Assembly (NCBI GenBank): GCA_030828385.1
Contig: JAURCS010000008.1
Coordinates: 8,008 to 72,007, forward strand
DNA: 64,000 bases
DNA from: Gammaproteobacteria bacterium
GTDB taxonomy: Bacteria; Pseudomonadota; Gammaproteobacteria; Pseudomonadales; Pseudohongiellaceae
Direction of reading: 5' to 3'
This document shows, one piece after another, positions 49,270 to 57,804 of the stretch. The notes under the pieces are model-generated. The model saw only the letters and a program-made list of their open reading frames with translations. It searched no databases and had not been told where the DNA came from. The first letter of the stretch is position 1. Every line of letters starts with the position of its first letter. Position numbers and translations under genes: made by a program.

Positions 49270-50028
49270 ATGAAAATAACCTTTCCCTTATTTTTTTCGC
49301 TGATCCCGTTACTGTTTTCCCAGACACTCCTGGCCCAGGATGATATCCCGCGTTTACCCTGGGGCAAGCCTGATTTCAATGGCGTCTGGGCGCGGCCTTA
49401 TGTGCCTAATATGCTTGCAGCAGGCAATGGCAGCAGTCAGATAGGTCCCGGGGAGGAACCTTTCACTGCCGCCGGACGCGAGAATTTCGACAATTACAAT
49501 CCCAGCGAGGGCGATTACACCGGGTCATGTCTCCCTTTTGGCCTATTACGTGCAATGAACTCTCCAGATCCTATTCAGTTTATGCAAACTGAAAATCATT
49601 TCGCCTATCTTTACGAGCAGAACACCTGGTTCAAGACGGTAAATCTGGATGGACAGGATCATTCCGGTCGTTTGCCGCCCGCCTGGTATGGACATTCCAT
49701 AGCAAACTGGGACGGTGATACGCTTATCATTACTACCAGCAAACTGAATGGTAAAACCAGACTCGATACCATCGGGCATCCCCACAGTGACCAACTGAAA
49801 GTCACTGAATCATTTACTTTATCTGACCCGAACACACTGGCTTACGAAGTGATCATTGATGACCCGATTTACTACACCAAACCCTGGAGCAACAAACGCA
49901 TCTTTACCAGACAGACGGATTTTGAATTGATTGAATATTCCTGCATGGAAAACAACAAGTCCCTATGGGAAGGACGAGTTGTGCCGCCAGATTATGACAA
50001 CTGGCACACTTATGAGGATGACGATTAG
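49270..50028 (+). CDS. Secreted hypothetical protein, partner of the His-His-Ser protein (module B)
   Basis: ATG 49270 (GGAGG upstream) gives MKITFPLFFSLIPLLFSQTLLAQ. Blocks shared with 26224..26991 are GHSIANWDGDTLIITT, PHSDQLKVTE, VIIDDPIYYTKPW and EYSCMENN. Confidence 0.65.
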   Translation: MKITFPLFFSLIPLLFSQTLLAQDDIPRLPWGKPDFNGVWARPYVPNMLAAGNGSSQIGPGEEPFTAAGRENFDNYNPSEGDYTGSCLPFGLLRAMNSPDPIQFMQTENHFAYLYEQNTWFKTVNLDGQDHSGRLPPAWYGHSIANWDGDTLIITTSKLNGKTRLDTIGHPHSDQLKVTESFTLSDPNTLAYEVIIDDPIYYTKPWSNKRIFTRQTDFELIEYSCMENNKSLWEGRVVPPDYDNWHTYEDDD

Positions 50029-50084
50029 CTTTTATGTAGGCACTGCTTTTATGTAGGCACAGCTTTTTTTGCAGAAACTGCTGG

Positions 50085-50933
50085 TTACTGCCGATCCATA
50101 AAATCAAAAATCTCACTGGCAAAAGTCAGATAAGCCGTGAGGTGTTCCCCGTCGGGCACATCATAGTAATGTGCCTCAACCCCATGATTTGCCAGTTCCC
50201 TTGTTACGCGCAGGGATGCCTCCCTCGTATTTGCGGTATCTGCAGTGCCATGGATCATCAGCACCGCTACCTTATCCACCAGGTTTTCAAAGGGATAGTC
50301 AGCAGTGACTATTGGGCCTGCACTGACAATGATACCAGCGATGGCATCCGGGTATTTGGCGGCAAAATGAAAAGCTGACGAACCGGAAGGGTTTTGCCCA
50401 TGGATAAATACCCGTGATGTATCGGCGTTATATTCCTGCGCCACAAGGTGCAATACGTTAATAACATCCTGTTCTGACCGGGTATTCTCCTCATCAGTCC
50501 AGCCAGCACCCGGCACCGAAGGTCCGCTGGGGCGATCTACCGGATAAGGGCTGCCATAATAGGGCTGCGCATAACCCCGGTAGCCAAGGGGAGAAATAAC
50601 GATATACCCCCGCTCCCTTGCCTGAACCACCAGGTCATTATTGTTGCGATGATTATTGTTAATACTCGGCCCGGCACGCAGAGTTATTAATACCGGCAGA
50701 GACTGCTCTGGACTCCAGTTTTCAGGCACATACAGCCGGTATGGAATGGGTTCCCCGGTGCCGGGAAACTCATACGCCCGGTATTGTTCGCCGCTGTGCT
50801 GATACATCGGCGCGTTCGGGTTTGGAACAAGCGAGTCACTTACCGGCATACCAGGTATTGATATTGGCTGGCCAAAAGCTAATGGCATCCATAAACAGGC
50901 CATAAAAACAGATAAGGGGTTTCTCATAATCAT
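50085..50933 (-). CDS. Secreted alpha/beta-hydrolase-fold protein (esterase/PHB-depolymerase-like) with a non-canonical nucleophile elbow
   Basis: 282 aa with a signal peptide. RVFIHGQNPSGSSAFHFAAKYPDAIAG lies where GxSxG is expected. HGTADTAN and DGEH are the acid and His candidates. Confidence 0.55.
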   Translation of the reverse strand: MIMRNPLSVFMACLWMPLAFGQPISIPGMPVSDSLVPNPNAPMYQHSGEQYRAYEFPGTGEPIPYRLYVPENWSPEQSLPVLITLRAGPSINNNHRNNNDLVVQARERGYIVISPLGYRGYAQPYYGSPYPVDRPSGPSVPGAGWTDEENTRSEQDVINVLHLVAQEYNADTSRVFIHGQNPSGSSAFHFAAKYPDAIAGIIVSAGPIVTADYPFENLVDKVAVLMIHGTADTANTREASLRVTRELANHGVEAHYYDVPDGEHLTAYLTFASEIFDFMDRQ

Positions 50934-51121
50934 CGTCCTGAATCCTGGTTAAAATCTGATAAAAGCTTTTGGATTTATCATCCAGTAATCTTCAATCGGC
51001 ATCAAGATGAATATTCCATATGCGATGAAAAGTGGGAAGCCAGTTCTATTTAATTGTCACGTCATAGAGACTTCTGCTAGTCTCTTTGGTCCGAATTGTT
51101 TCGGATAATGGGGGATCAAAA

Positions 51122-53305
51122 ATGCATGCAATCAAAATTTTAAGCCTGGTTACACTAACCAGCATGTTATGGGCCTGCTCTGGCGATAATAACAGTGAGC
51201 AAAGCCAGTCCATGGCCACCATGGCGCCAGCCGCAGAAGCCATGCCGGCTAATATTATTGAAGGGGTAGTGACCAGTGCTAACGGCGCAGAAGCCGGCGT
51301 TTGGGTAATTGCCGAAACCCATGACTTTGACACACGCTTTGCGCGCATCGTTGTTACCAATGACGAGGGTCGTTATCTGATTCCTGATTTACCGGAAGCG
51401 ACCTATGATATCTGGGTGCGTGGATATGGCCTGGTAGACTCAGAAAAAATATCAGCGACACCAGGCTCCAGTCATGACCTTGACGCGCTACTTGCTCCCG
51501 ATGCAGCTTCAGCGGCCGAATATTATCCCGCAGGTTACTGGCTTTCACTGCTCGAGGTTCCAGATGCCAGCATGTTCCCTGGCACCGGTCCTACAGGCAA
51601 TGGCATCAGTCCCCGAATTGAACATCAGGCTGACTATATCCGCATGATAACGTCTGGTGGCTGTGTGGTATGTCACCAATTGGGGAACAAGGCTACCCGT
51701 GAATTACCTTCCTTGTTTAATGGCTATGACAGCAGTGCTGCAGCCTGGAACAGACGTATTCAATCCGGTCAGGCAGGCCCGTTCATGACCCGTACCTGGA
51801 CCGGAATGGGCCTTGATTACAGCTCTAAAATGTTTGGTGACTGGACTGATCGTATTGCGGCCGGCGAATTACCGCCAGTACCAGAACGGCCACAAGGCGT
51901 GGAACGCAATGTGGTCATTACCCAGTGGGACTGGGCAGATCCAACAGCCTATCTGCATGATGTGGTCTCAACGGATCGCCGTGACCCGACTATCAATGGC
52001 TATGGCAAGCTTTATGGGGCGCTGGAGGAAAGCGCTGATTATCTGCCGGTTCTTGATCCCGTCAACAACACTATCGACCAGATCCCCTTGACTATGATGG
52101 ATCCAGAGGCCGGTCCTGTTTCAGGTCCAAATCTGGCAACTTCTCCCAATTGGGGAGACGAGGCAATCTGGGATTCCAAAGCCAATGTGCATAACCCGAT
52201 GATAGATCAGGATGGCCGGGTCTGGATTACTGCCAGAGTACGCAACAGGGAAAACCCGGACTTTTGTCAGGAAGGTTCCTCCCACCCCTCGGCCCAGGTC
52301 TATCCAACACAGGCCAATGGTCGTCAATTGGGTATGTATGATCCGCAGAGCGGTGAGTATCATCATATCGATACCTGCTTCGGGACTCATCACCTGATGT
52401 TTGCCGAAGATGAGGACAATACACTGTGGACCAGCGGCGGCGGCCAGGTGATTGGCTGGCTCAATACCCGCGAATATCTGGAAACCGGTAATTATGAAGC
52501 AGCACAGGGCTGGACCCCGTTTATTCTTGATACCAACGGTAATGGTGTACGCGATGACTTCGTCGCCCCGAATGAAGCCCCCGATCCCACCAAAGACTCA
52601 CAGATATATCCCGGTTTTGGCGTGTACTCTGTCAACCCTGCCCCGGACGGTTCCGTGTGGGGAACCATCCTTGGTTATCCGGGGGCCGTGGCCAGGATAA
52701 TACCGGGTAACAATCCCAGTGAAACCGCCATTACTGAATATTATGAGCTACCGGTAGACGAAAATGGTGATGCCATTGAAGGCTTCTCACCGCGCGGTGG
52801 AGATATTGATCGCAACGGGGTGATGTGGGTAGCGCTGGCCAGTGGTCATATGGCCAGTTTTGACAGGCGTTTGTGTAGCGGCCCGTTAAATGGACCCGAA
52901 GCGACAGGACAACATTGCCCGGAAGGCTGGACCTTTTATACGGAACCGTTGCCGCAGTTTAAGAATCTGGATAAGCCGGGTAGCTCTGAAGGTTCCTACT
53001 TTACCTGGGTCGACCAGCACAATACGCTGGGATTGGGAGAAAATACCCCCATCAATACCGGCAATCAGAGTGGCGCATTACTGGTACTGGACGATGGCCA
53101 ATGGGTCAAAATGCGTGTGCCCTACCCGCTGGGTTTCTATACCAAGTGGATGGATGGTCGAATAGACGATCCGGATGCAGGCTGGAAAGGCCGCGGAGTA
53201 TGGTCAACATTCAGTGGTCGAGCTCCCTTCCATATGGAAACCGGAAAAGGCACCAGCAGCATTGTTTATCATTTCCAGGTCAGACCTGATCCACTTTCCA
53301 GATAA
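51122..53305 (+). CDS. Lipoprotein with a CarboxypepD_reg-like domain, a single haem c motif and a propeller-like region (paralog of 5341..7503)
   Basis: ATG 51122 gives MHAIKILSLVTLTSMLWAC (lipobox). GVVTSANGAEAGVWVIAE...DEGRYLIPDLPEATYDIWVRGYG, CVVCHQ, DWTDRIAAGELPPVPERPQG, DQDGRVWITARVRN and DRNGVMWVALASG are all present. Confidence 0.75.
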   Translation: MHAIKILSLVTLTSMLWACSGDNNSEQSQSMATMAPAAEAMPANIIEGVVTSANGAEAGVWVIAETHDFDTRFARIVVTNDEGRYLIPDLPEATYDIWVRGYGLVDSEKISATPGSSHDLDALLAPDAASAAEYYPAGYWLSLLEVPDASMFPGTGPTGNGISPRIEHQADYIRMITSGGCVVCHQLGNKATRELPSLFNGYDSSAAAWNRRIQSGQAGPFMTRTWTGMGLDYSSKMFGDWTDRIAAGELPPVPERPQGVERNVVITQWDWADPTAYLHDVVSTDRRDPTINGYGKLYGALEESADYLPVLDPVNNTIDQIPLTMMDPEAGPVSGPNLATSPNWGDEAIWDSKANVHNPMIDQDGRVWITARVRNRENPDFCQEGSSHPSAQVYPTQANGRQLGMYDPQSGEYHHIDTCFGTHHLMFAEDEDNTLWTSGGGQVIGWLNTREYLETGNYEAAQGWTPFILDTNGNGVRDDFVAPNEAPDPTKDSQIYPGFGVYSVNPAPDGSVWGTILGYPGAVARIIPGNNPSETAITEYYELPVDENGDAIEGFSPRGGDIDRNGVMWVALASGHMASFDRRLCSGPLNGPEATGQHCPEGWTFYTEPLPQFKNLDKPGSSEGSYFTWVDQHNTLGLGENTPINTGNQSGALLVLDDGQWVKMRVPYPLGFYTKWMDGRIDDPDAGWKGRGVWSTFSGRAPFHMETGKGTSSIVYHFQVRPDPLSR

Positions 53306-53325
53306 CAGGGAAAGGGGTTATTGCT

Positions 53326-54618
53326 TTATTGCGGAGCCTGCAACCAGCGCTGCTCTATCTCGAGTGGCGCTTGCAGGGTTTTCAAAAACGCCTCCAGCTG
53401 ACGCAACTCAAATGATAGTAAGCCCAGCGGTTCTTCTGTTTCGTTATGCCCAATCATGGCAAACGGAGCTTCGTTGTAATGCGCCAGAGTTTCCTCAAGC
53501 GTTTTGATTTGCCCTTTGTGCATGTAAGGGGCAGTGCCTGAAAGATTACGCAGGGAAGGCGTTTTCAATGCACCGATCAATTCAACCCCCTCTCTGGCAT
53601 GGATCAGTTCGAGGCATTTTTCAGGGTCCCTGTCGCTATATATACTCTGGCAGTTAAACGGATTACTGCGTACCTCACGCAAGCCGTCCACGCGACCACG
53701 ATCAGGCAGATCACCGGGATAAGAGATTATGCCCGTATTATGAAATTCAAAATTGGTGAATAAAGGGCCATTATGGCATTCCATGCAGCGCCCTTCTCCA
53801 ATAAACAAACGCAGCCCCTTGATCTCATCATTTGAAAATATGTTACCTGGCGTCTTTTGATCATCAAGAAGCGCCGCTGCATAGTCATCAAACTTCGCAG
53901 GGGCCGGCACTAACAAGCGCTCATACGCTGCTATGGCCTTGCCCACATTGGCAAATGTAGTGTTTACCAGTTGCTGGTCTTCCCTGCTCATCGCCTCCCA
54001 GGCTTCATACCACGCCGTTTTAAGTCCCGGCCCGGCATGTTCAGGAAAGCGGGAGTGATCAGAAAAATCAGGCACCTCACCAAATATTGACTGGTACATT
54101 CCTCTGTATTCAGGATCTTGTATAACAAATCGCGCTATATACATACGGTTGCTGGCCTGCTCCTGAGGATCTTCCAGCGGAGATAAAGCCTGTGCCCAGA
54201 GCGAGTCTCGCCGCCCGTCCCAGTACAGCCAGGGACTGTAAGCCAGCCCTACAATACTCGGTGTATTTCTGCGTGACTGACCAATGGCCTTTGCCTTGTC
54301 CAGACCGTCAGTAAAACGAAGTTCGGGCTTATGACAACTTGCACAGGAAACCTGATTATTGGCACTAAGGCGGACATCAAAAAACAAGGCGTGCCCCAGC
54401 TCCTGGGCAACAGGGTCAGCGGAGGCTCTATTACTGGGATCCAGAGGCAGTGGCTGCAGGGTCGAGAGTGATAGGGAAGCGATCAGGCGTAATTCATTTT
54501 CCGCCCAGGCCGCAGGCGGTTTGTAGGCAAGAAAAAGCCAGCTCAACAGGCCGACGAGCAACAACAGGCCAATGGCCGGGAAAGTTCTGGAATAGCTGAA
54601 CAAAAAAGACAGTTTCAT
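53326..54618 (-). CDS. Di-haem cytochrome c peroxidase / MauG-family protein with an N-terminal membrane anchor
   Basis: 430 aa. The motifs are CASCHKPELRFTDG, CMECHNGPLFTN and the distal APYMHKGQIKTLEE block. The start overlaps the upstream gene's stop by 4 nt. Confidence 0.8.
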   Translation of the reverse strand: MKLSFLFSYSRTFPAIGLLLLVGLLSWLFLAYKPPAAWAENELRLIASLSLSTLQPLPLDPSNRASADPVAQELGHALFFDVRLSANNQVSCASCHKPELRFTDGLDKAKAIGQSRRNTPSIVGLAYSPWLYWDGRRDSLWAQALSPLEDPQEQASNRMYIARFVIQDPEYRGMYQSIFGEVPDFSDHSRFPEHAGPGLKTAWYEAWEAMSREDQQLVNTTFANVGKAIAAYERLLVPAPAKFDDYAAALLDDQKTPGNIFSNDEIKGLRLFIGEGRCMECHNGPLFTNFEFHNTGIISYPGDLPDRGRVDGLREVRSNPFNCQSIYSDRDPEKCLELIHAREGVELIGALKTPSLRNLSGTAPYMHKGQIKTLEETLAHYNEAPFAMIGHNETEEPLGLLSFELRQLEAFLKTLQAPLEIEQRWLQAPQ

Positions 54619-55022
54619 AAATCCAGAATAACAACTACCTTGTCTTCAACACCGCCACTGGCAATATTGAGCTCGAGTTCCCAGTGTCCCATCATATGAA
54701 AACGCAATCCCTGCAAGTGATAATTCCCGTTACCGATAGCCATAATGGAAGGCGCCGTCGCCAGCCCATGATTATGCTGAGGCATGCCGCCACCAACACT
54801 TATTTCAGCATCTGTAACGTCCATACCATTGGCATTGTCGATATGCAAAGTCCAGCTATGCATCTGGTTAATCACAATGGGATCAAGCTGACTTTCATAA
54901 CTTAATCGAAAAAAACCTTTCTCGGATTCCAGCACAGTAGCGTTATCTTGCTGGGCGGAAGCATGCCATGCCAGCATTGGCAAAAGCAGCACTATTTTCA
55001 AAAGCATCAATTTCTTAAACAC
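54615..55022 (-). CDS. Secreted YtkA/FixH-like small beta-sandwich protein with His/Met-rich motifs
   Basis: 135 aa from a GTG start, with a signal peptide (AWHASA). MPQHNHGL and HMMGHWEL are present. Confidence 0.5.
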   Translation of the reverse strand: MFKKLMLLKIVLLLPMLAWHASAQQDNATVLESEKGFFRLSYESQLDPIVINQMHSWTLHIDNANGMDVTDAEISVGGGMPQHNHGLATAPSIMAIGNGNYHLQGLRFHMMGHWELELNIASGGVEDKVVVILDL

Positions 55023-55046
55023 ACTATTTTTCCTGTTCTATTTTTT

Positions 55047-55095
55047 ACTTGTAACTTGTAACTTGCGACTTGCGACTTGTAACTTGTAACCTGTT
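55047..55095. repeat. Heptanucleotide tandem repeat, seven units in the pattern TA-TA-CG-CG-TA-TA
   Basis: ACTTGTA ACTTGTA ACTTGCG ACTTGCG ACTTGTA ACTTGTA ACCTGTT. It lies in the 101-nt gap between two co-oriented minus-strand genes. Confidence 0.9.
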
Positions 55096-55123
55096 TATTT
55101 ACGTTTATTTTATATTTTCAGTT

Positions 55124-55717
55124 TTACTTTTTTTTATCTCGGTTCATCCACCAGTATCCCCCTTGCAAAGCCACAATTAACAAAACAAACAACGGGATGT
55201 AACCGTAACCCACATAGCCCACCTCAAAGGGAAACACTGCGGTATACAGTTCATTGGTTTCCGGATGACGCGCAGTCACGATACCAAGGTAATTACCTGA
55301 TTCCTGAAAGTAATGATTAATGGTGTAGATATCTGGCTGCCTTACCGGTGCCCGATAAACTTCTGTGGCAGCATCTATTTCATCCTGACTTAGAGCGACC
55401 ACATCTTCTATCTTGGCAAAGCGCCCCATACCCGTGATATCACGAATAATACGAAAATCCACTGGGACCTGACCAAGATCACCATAGGTATATTCCATAA
55501 CAAAGACTGTTTCACCACTATCTGGAATATCCTCACAGTAATCCTCGTGCTGCCTGGTACGCGGCAAGTAAATTTTAAAGTGAGCGCTGTAGTAACCAAT
55601 CTTGATAATGCAAAGGTCTGCATCGGCAGTCACACTGCCATGAGCCTGCACAGCGGAATTGAACCCGAGCACGGACAGGCAAAGAAAAAATAACAAGATG
55701 AGCTGAGAGGATTTCAT
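55124..55717 (-). CDS. Hypothetical exported protein with a C-terminal TM anchor and predicted mature N-terminus His-Gly-Ser
   Basis: ATG 55717 gives MKSSQLILLFFLCLSVLGFNSAVQA|HGSV. The C-terminal helix is GYIPLFVLLIVALQGGYWW followed by a basic tail. I recognise no family. Confidence 0.5.
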   Translation of the reverse strand: MKSSQLILLFFLCLSVLGFNSAVQAHGSVTADADLCIIKIGYYSAHFKIYLPRTRQHEDYCEDIPDSGETVFVMEYTYGDLGQVPVDFRIIRDITGMGRFAKIEDVVALSQDEIDAATEVYRAPVRQPDIYTINHYFQESGNYLGIVTARHPETNELYTAVFPFEVGYVGYGYIPLFVLLIVALQGGYWWMNRDKKK

Positions 55718-55847
55718 GGAAGGCGCAAACTTACAGAAACAAGAAACTCTAGGCAAGTATAGCAGCATTGGCAGAGCAACTATTCAGGCGCAAAAATCTA
55801 AATTTACCTCGCCACTGACAGGTTGGAATGAGCTGCCAGTACTGCGC

Positions 55848-56744
55848 TTACTGTAATGGAAGATAGATATCGGTAATCATATCCGGATCACGCAAATCAG
55901 GCCCTACATTGACGTAATGGAAAAATACCGGGTAATCCCTGAGTTGTTCGCCGCTCTGCGGTAACCAGTCATAGACAAGGTATCCCACTTCCGGCATCCA
56001 TTCCCGTGAACCAATATGGCGAATCACGGCACAGCGCCCTGCCGGAATGATTTTTGTCACAACGCCGAAATCATTAGCAGCGACCGGCTTGTCCACAGAC
56101 ACGCAAATATCCATACGATAATCTTCCGGAAAGGTGTTGCGCGGATCAGTGTAATGAATGCCATAGGTCTGCCCCATATCAAACCTGATACCGTTCGCCT
56201 TGCGCCATTCAATAAACTTCATCGAGGTATTGTAGGTTTGACTCTCCGGCCCATGGTGCTCAAGCGCGGCTACCATTGTTTCTGGAAATTCCATCAGTGC
56301 AACATCCATTTTCTCGACCTCTTCTATAGATTTATTGGTGACTTTGGGCGCGCCATGTACCTGGTACCACTTTAACCATTGTGGACAGCGACGGAATTGA
56401 AGTGGTGACTGATCATGAGCGCGTTTAAAGGCTCTGGAAAACGATTCAATATTTTCAAATCCCGCTTCCAGGGCAATATCTGTTATACGACAGGCCGGGT
56501 TAAAGACTAATTGAAATGACGCCCTTTTCAACCGGGTCTGCTGGGCAAGACGGTTAGGTGTGATGCCAATTCTCGCATTAAAAAGCCGTAGAAAGTGAAA
56601 CTTTGAACAATTCGCCAGTCGACTTAATGCATTCAGGGACAAATCATTCTGGGGGTGGCGCCTGATATATTCCGCCACCCTGTCAATTCGTTCAGCGACA
56701 GCTTGGGGCTGAGTACTTTCATTGGCTGATAACACGCTGGGCAT
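55848..56744 (-). CDS. AraC-family transcriptional regulator with a GyrI-like effector domain
   Basis: 298 aa. The HTH region is LSRLANCSKFHFLRLFNARIGITPNR ... IALEAGFENIESFSRAFKRAHDQSP. A GyrI-like half forms the C-terminus. Confidence 0.8.
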   Translation of the reverse strand: MPSVLSANESTQPQAVAERIDRVAEYIRRHPQNDLSLNALSRLANCSKFHFLRLFNARIGITPNRLAQQTRLKRASFQLVFNPACRITDIALEAGFENIESFSRAFKRAHDQSPLQFRRCPQWLKWYQVHGAPKVTNKSIEEVEKMDVALMEFPETMVAALEHHGPESQTYNTSMKFIEWRKANGIRFDMGQTYGIHYTDPRNTFPEDYRMDICVSVDKPVAANDFGVVTKIIPAGRCAVIRHIGSREWMPEVGYLVYDWLPQSGEQLRDYPVFFHYVNVGPDLRDPDMITDIYLPLQ

Positions 56745-56961
56745 AACACCTTATTCGTTAAGCTTTGCCACTTACCCTGGCATCTCAAATTATCTTGATG
56801 CCCGACAGTATTTTACTTTACAAGCAGAATAACTTGACTCAAATTGCTTTCCCGGTAAAAAAATGCAAAATTTTCTCCAGAGGTTTACAATCCCGGCCTC
56901 ATAAACGGCCCGACAAGCTTGGCCGAGTGAATTAACCCTTAAATTCTGGCTTTTCTTCCTG

Positions 56962-57213
56962 ATGAACAAACTTACCGGTTATTTTTTGACAGGTTTTGCT
57001 TACCTGCTGTATTTGATCAGTGCTGCGACCTTTCTCGACTACATGTACTCTCTTACAATTCGTGACACTGTTACCGCAGTGGAGAATGCCTTTGGCACCC
57101 TGGTCATTTTGGTTTTCATGCTGGTATTGGCAAAATTCTCACTGAAGGATGGAAAAAAACGCCTGCAACAAAATGGCGATGAAAACGAAAACAAGGACTC
57201 GGATTCTTCATAA
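56962..57213 (+). CDS. Possible small two-TM membrane protein (hypothetical)
   Basis: 83 aa with two hydrophobic helices and an acidic tail. There is no convincing RBS and I recognise no homology. Confidence 0.3.
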   Translation: MNKLTGYFLTGFAYLLYLISAATFLDYMYSLTIRDTVTAVENAFGTLVILVFMLVLAKFSLKDGKKRLQQNGDENENKDSDSS

Positions 57214-57804
57214 GAAGTTCCACACCGGGGCCTATGAAAAGCGGGATTTATCTGAGTCAAAGCTCGGCCAGTAAAGTGACTGTTTTTTCTCGAAAACAGA
57301 CTGGTTTCAGGGCAAAACATCTTGCCCTCAAAGGGGTGATGCTTTACCATCTCGGGCTTGTAATTTAGCCAGTTAAAAATTGCTGGGTTTGGCTTTCAGT
57401 ACTTGACGTGACGCTCTCTTATCTCCACTCGTCGACACTCTTGCCGCCATCGTTGATATGCAATTTTTTTCAATTTAAATAACTAGTTAGTTTAATTCTG
57501 GTGCTTAAAGCTGTCGATCTGGCTGAAGTACGTCCATTAGCTTTGTTGTAGTTTTTTACGATGTTCAAAAACCGAAAGAACACAATAGTCATTCCAGCCC
57601 ACCACTCTATGACAGCGGACGAATCTGCTACCCCCGGAATAAACTCCCTGGCGCTGGACATCCAAAGCCTGTCAGACTTCGTATCTGGCTGTAATTCAAT
57701 GAGTATTCAGATCATTTGGAAAAATTTCACTGACCAATTTACCAACGCCGCACGAACTAGAAATTTTTTGTGCGGGCAATCTAGTTAAGAAGGACTGAAA
57801 AGTT

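Noticed and set aside
50028-50060. A direct repeat GCTTTTATGTAGGCAC x2 just after the module B partner gene
   Set aside because: There are only two short copies next to a T-run, so it is probably part of a terminator region or a small duplication. It has no counterpart elsewhere in the window.
57214-57804. The 590-bp non-coding stretch upstream of the oxidase operon, containing ORFs 57470..57661 (-) and 57561..57788 (+). I considered a decayed gene, a mobile-element remnant or an FNR site (TTGATatgcAATTT at ~57452).
   Set aside because: Neither ORF has recognisable motifs or an RBS. I saw no terminal inverted repeats. The FNR-like sequence matches only one half-site. It is left as an untranslated or regulatory region of unknown content.
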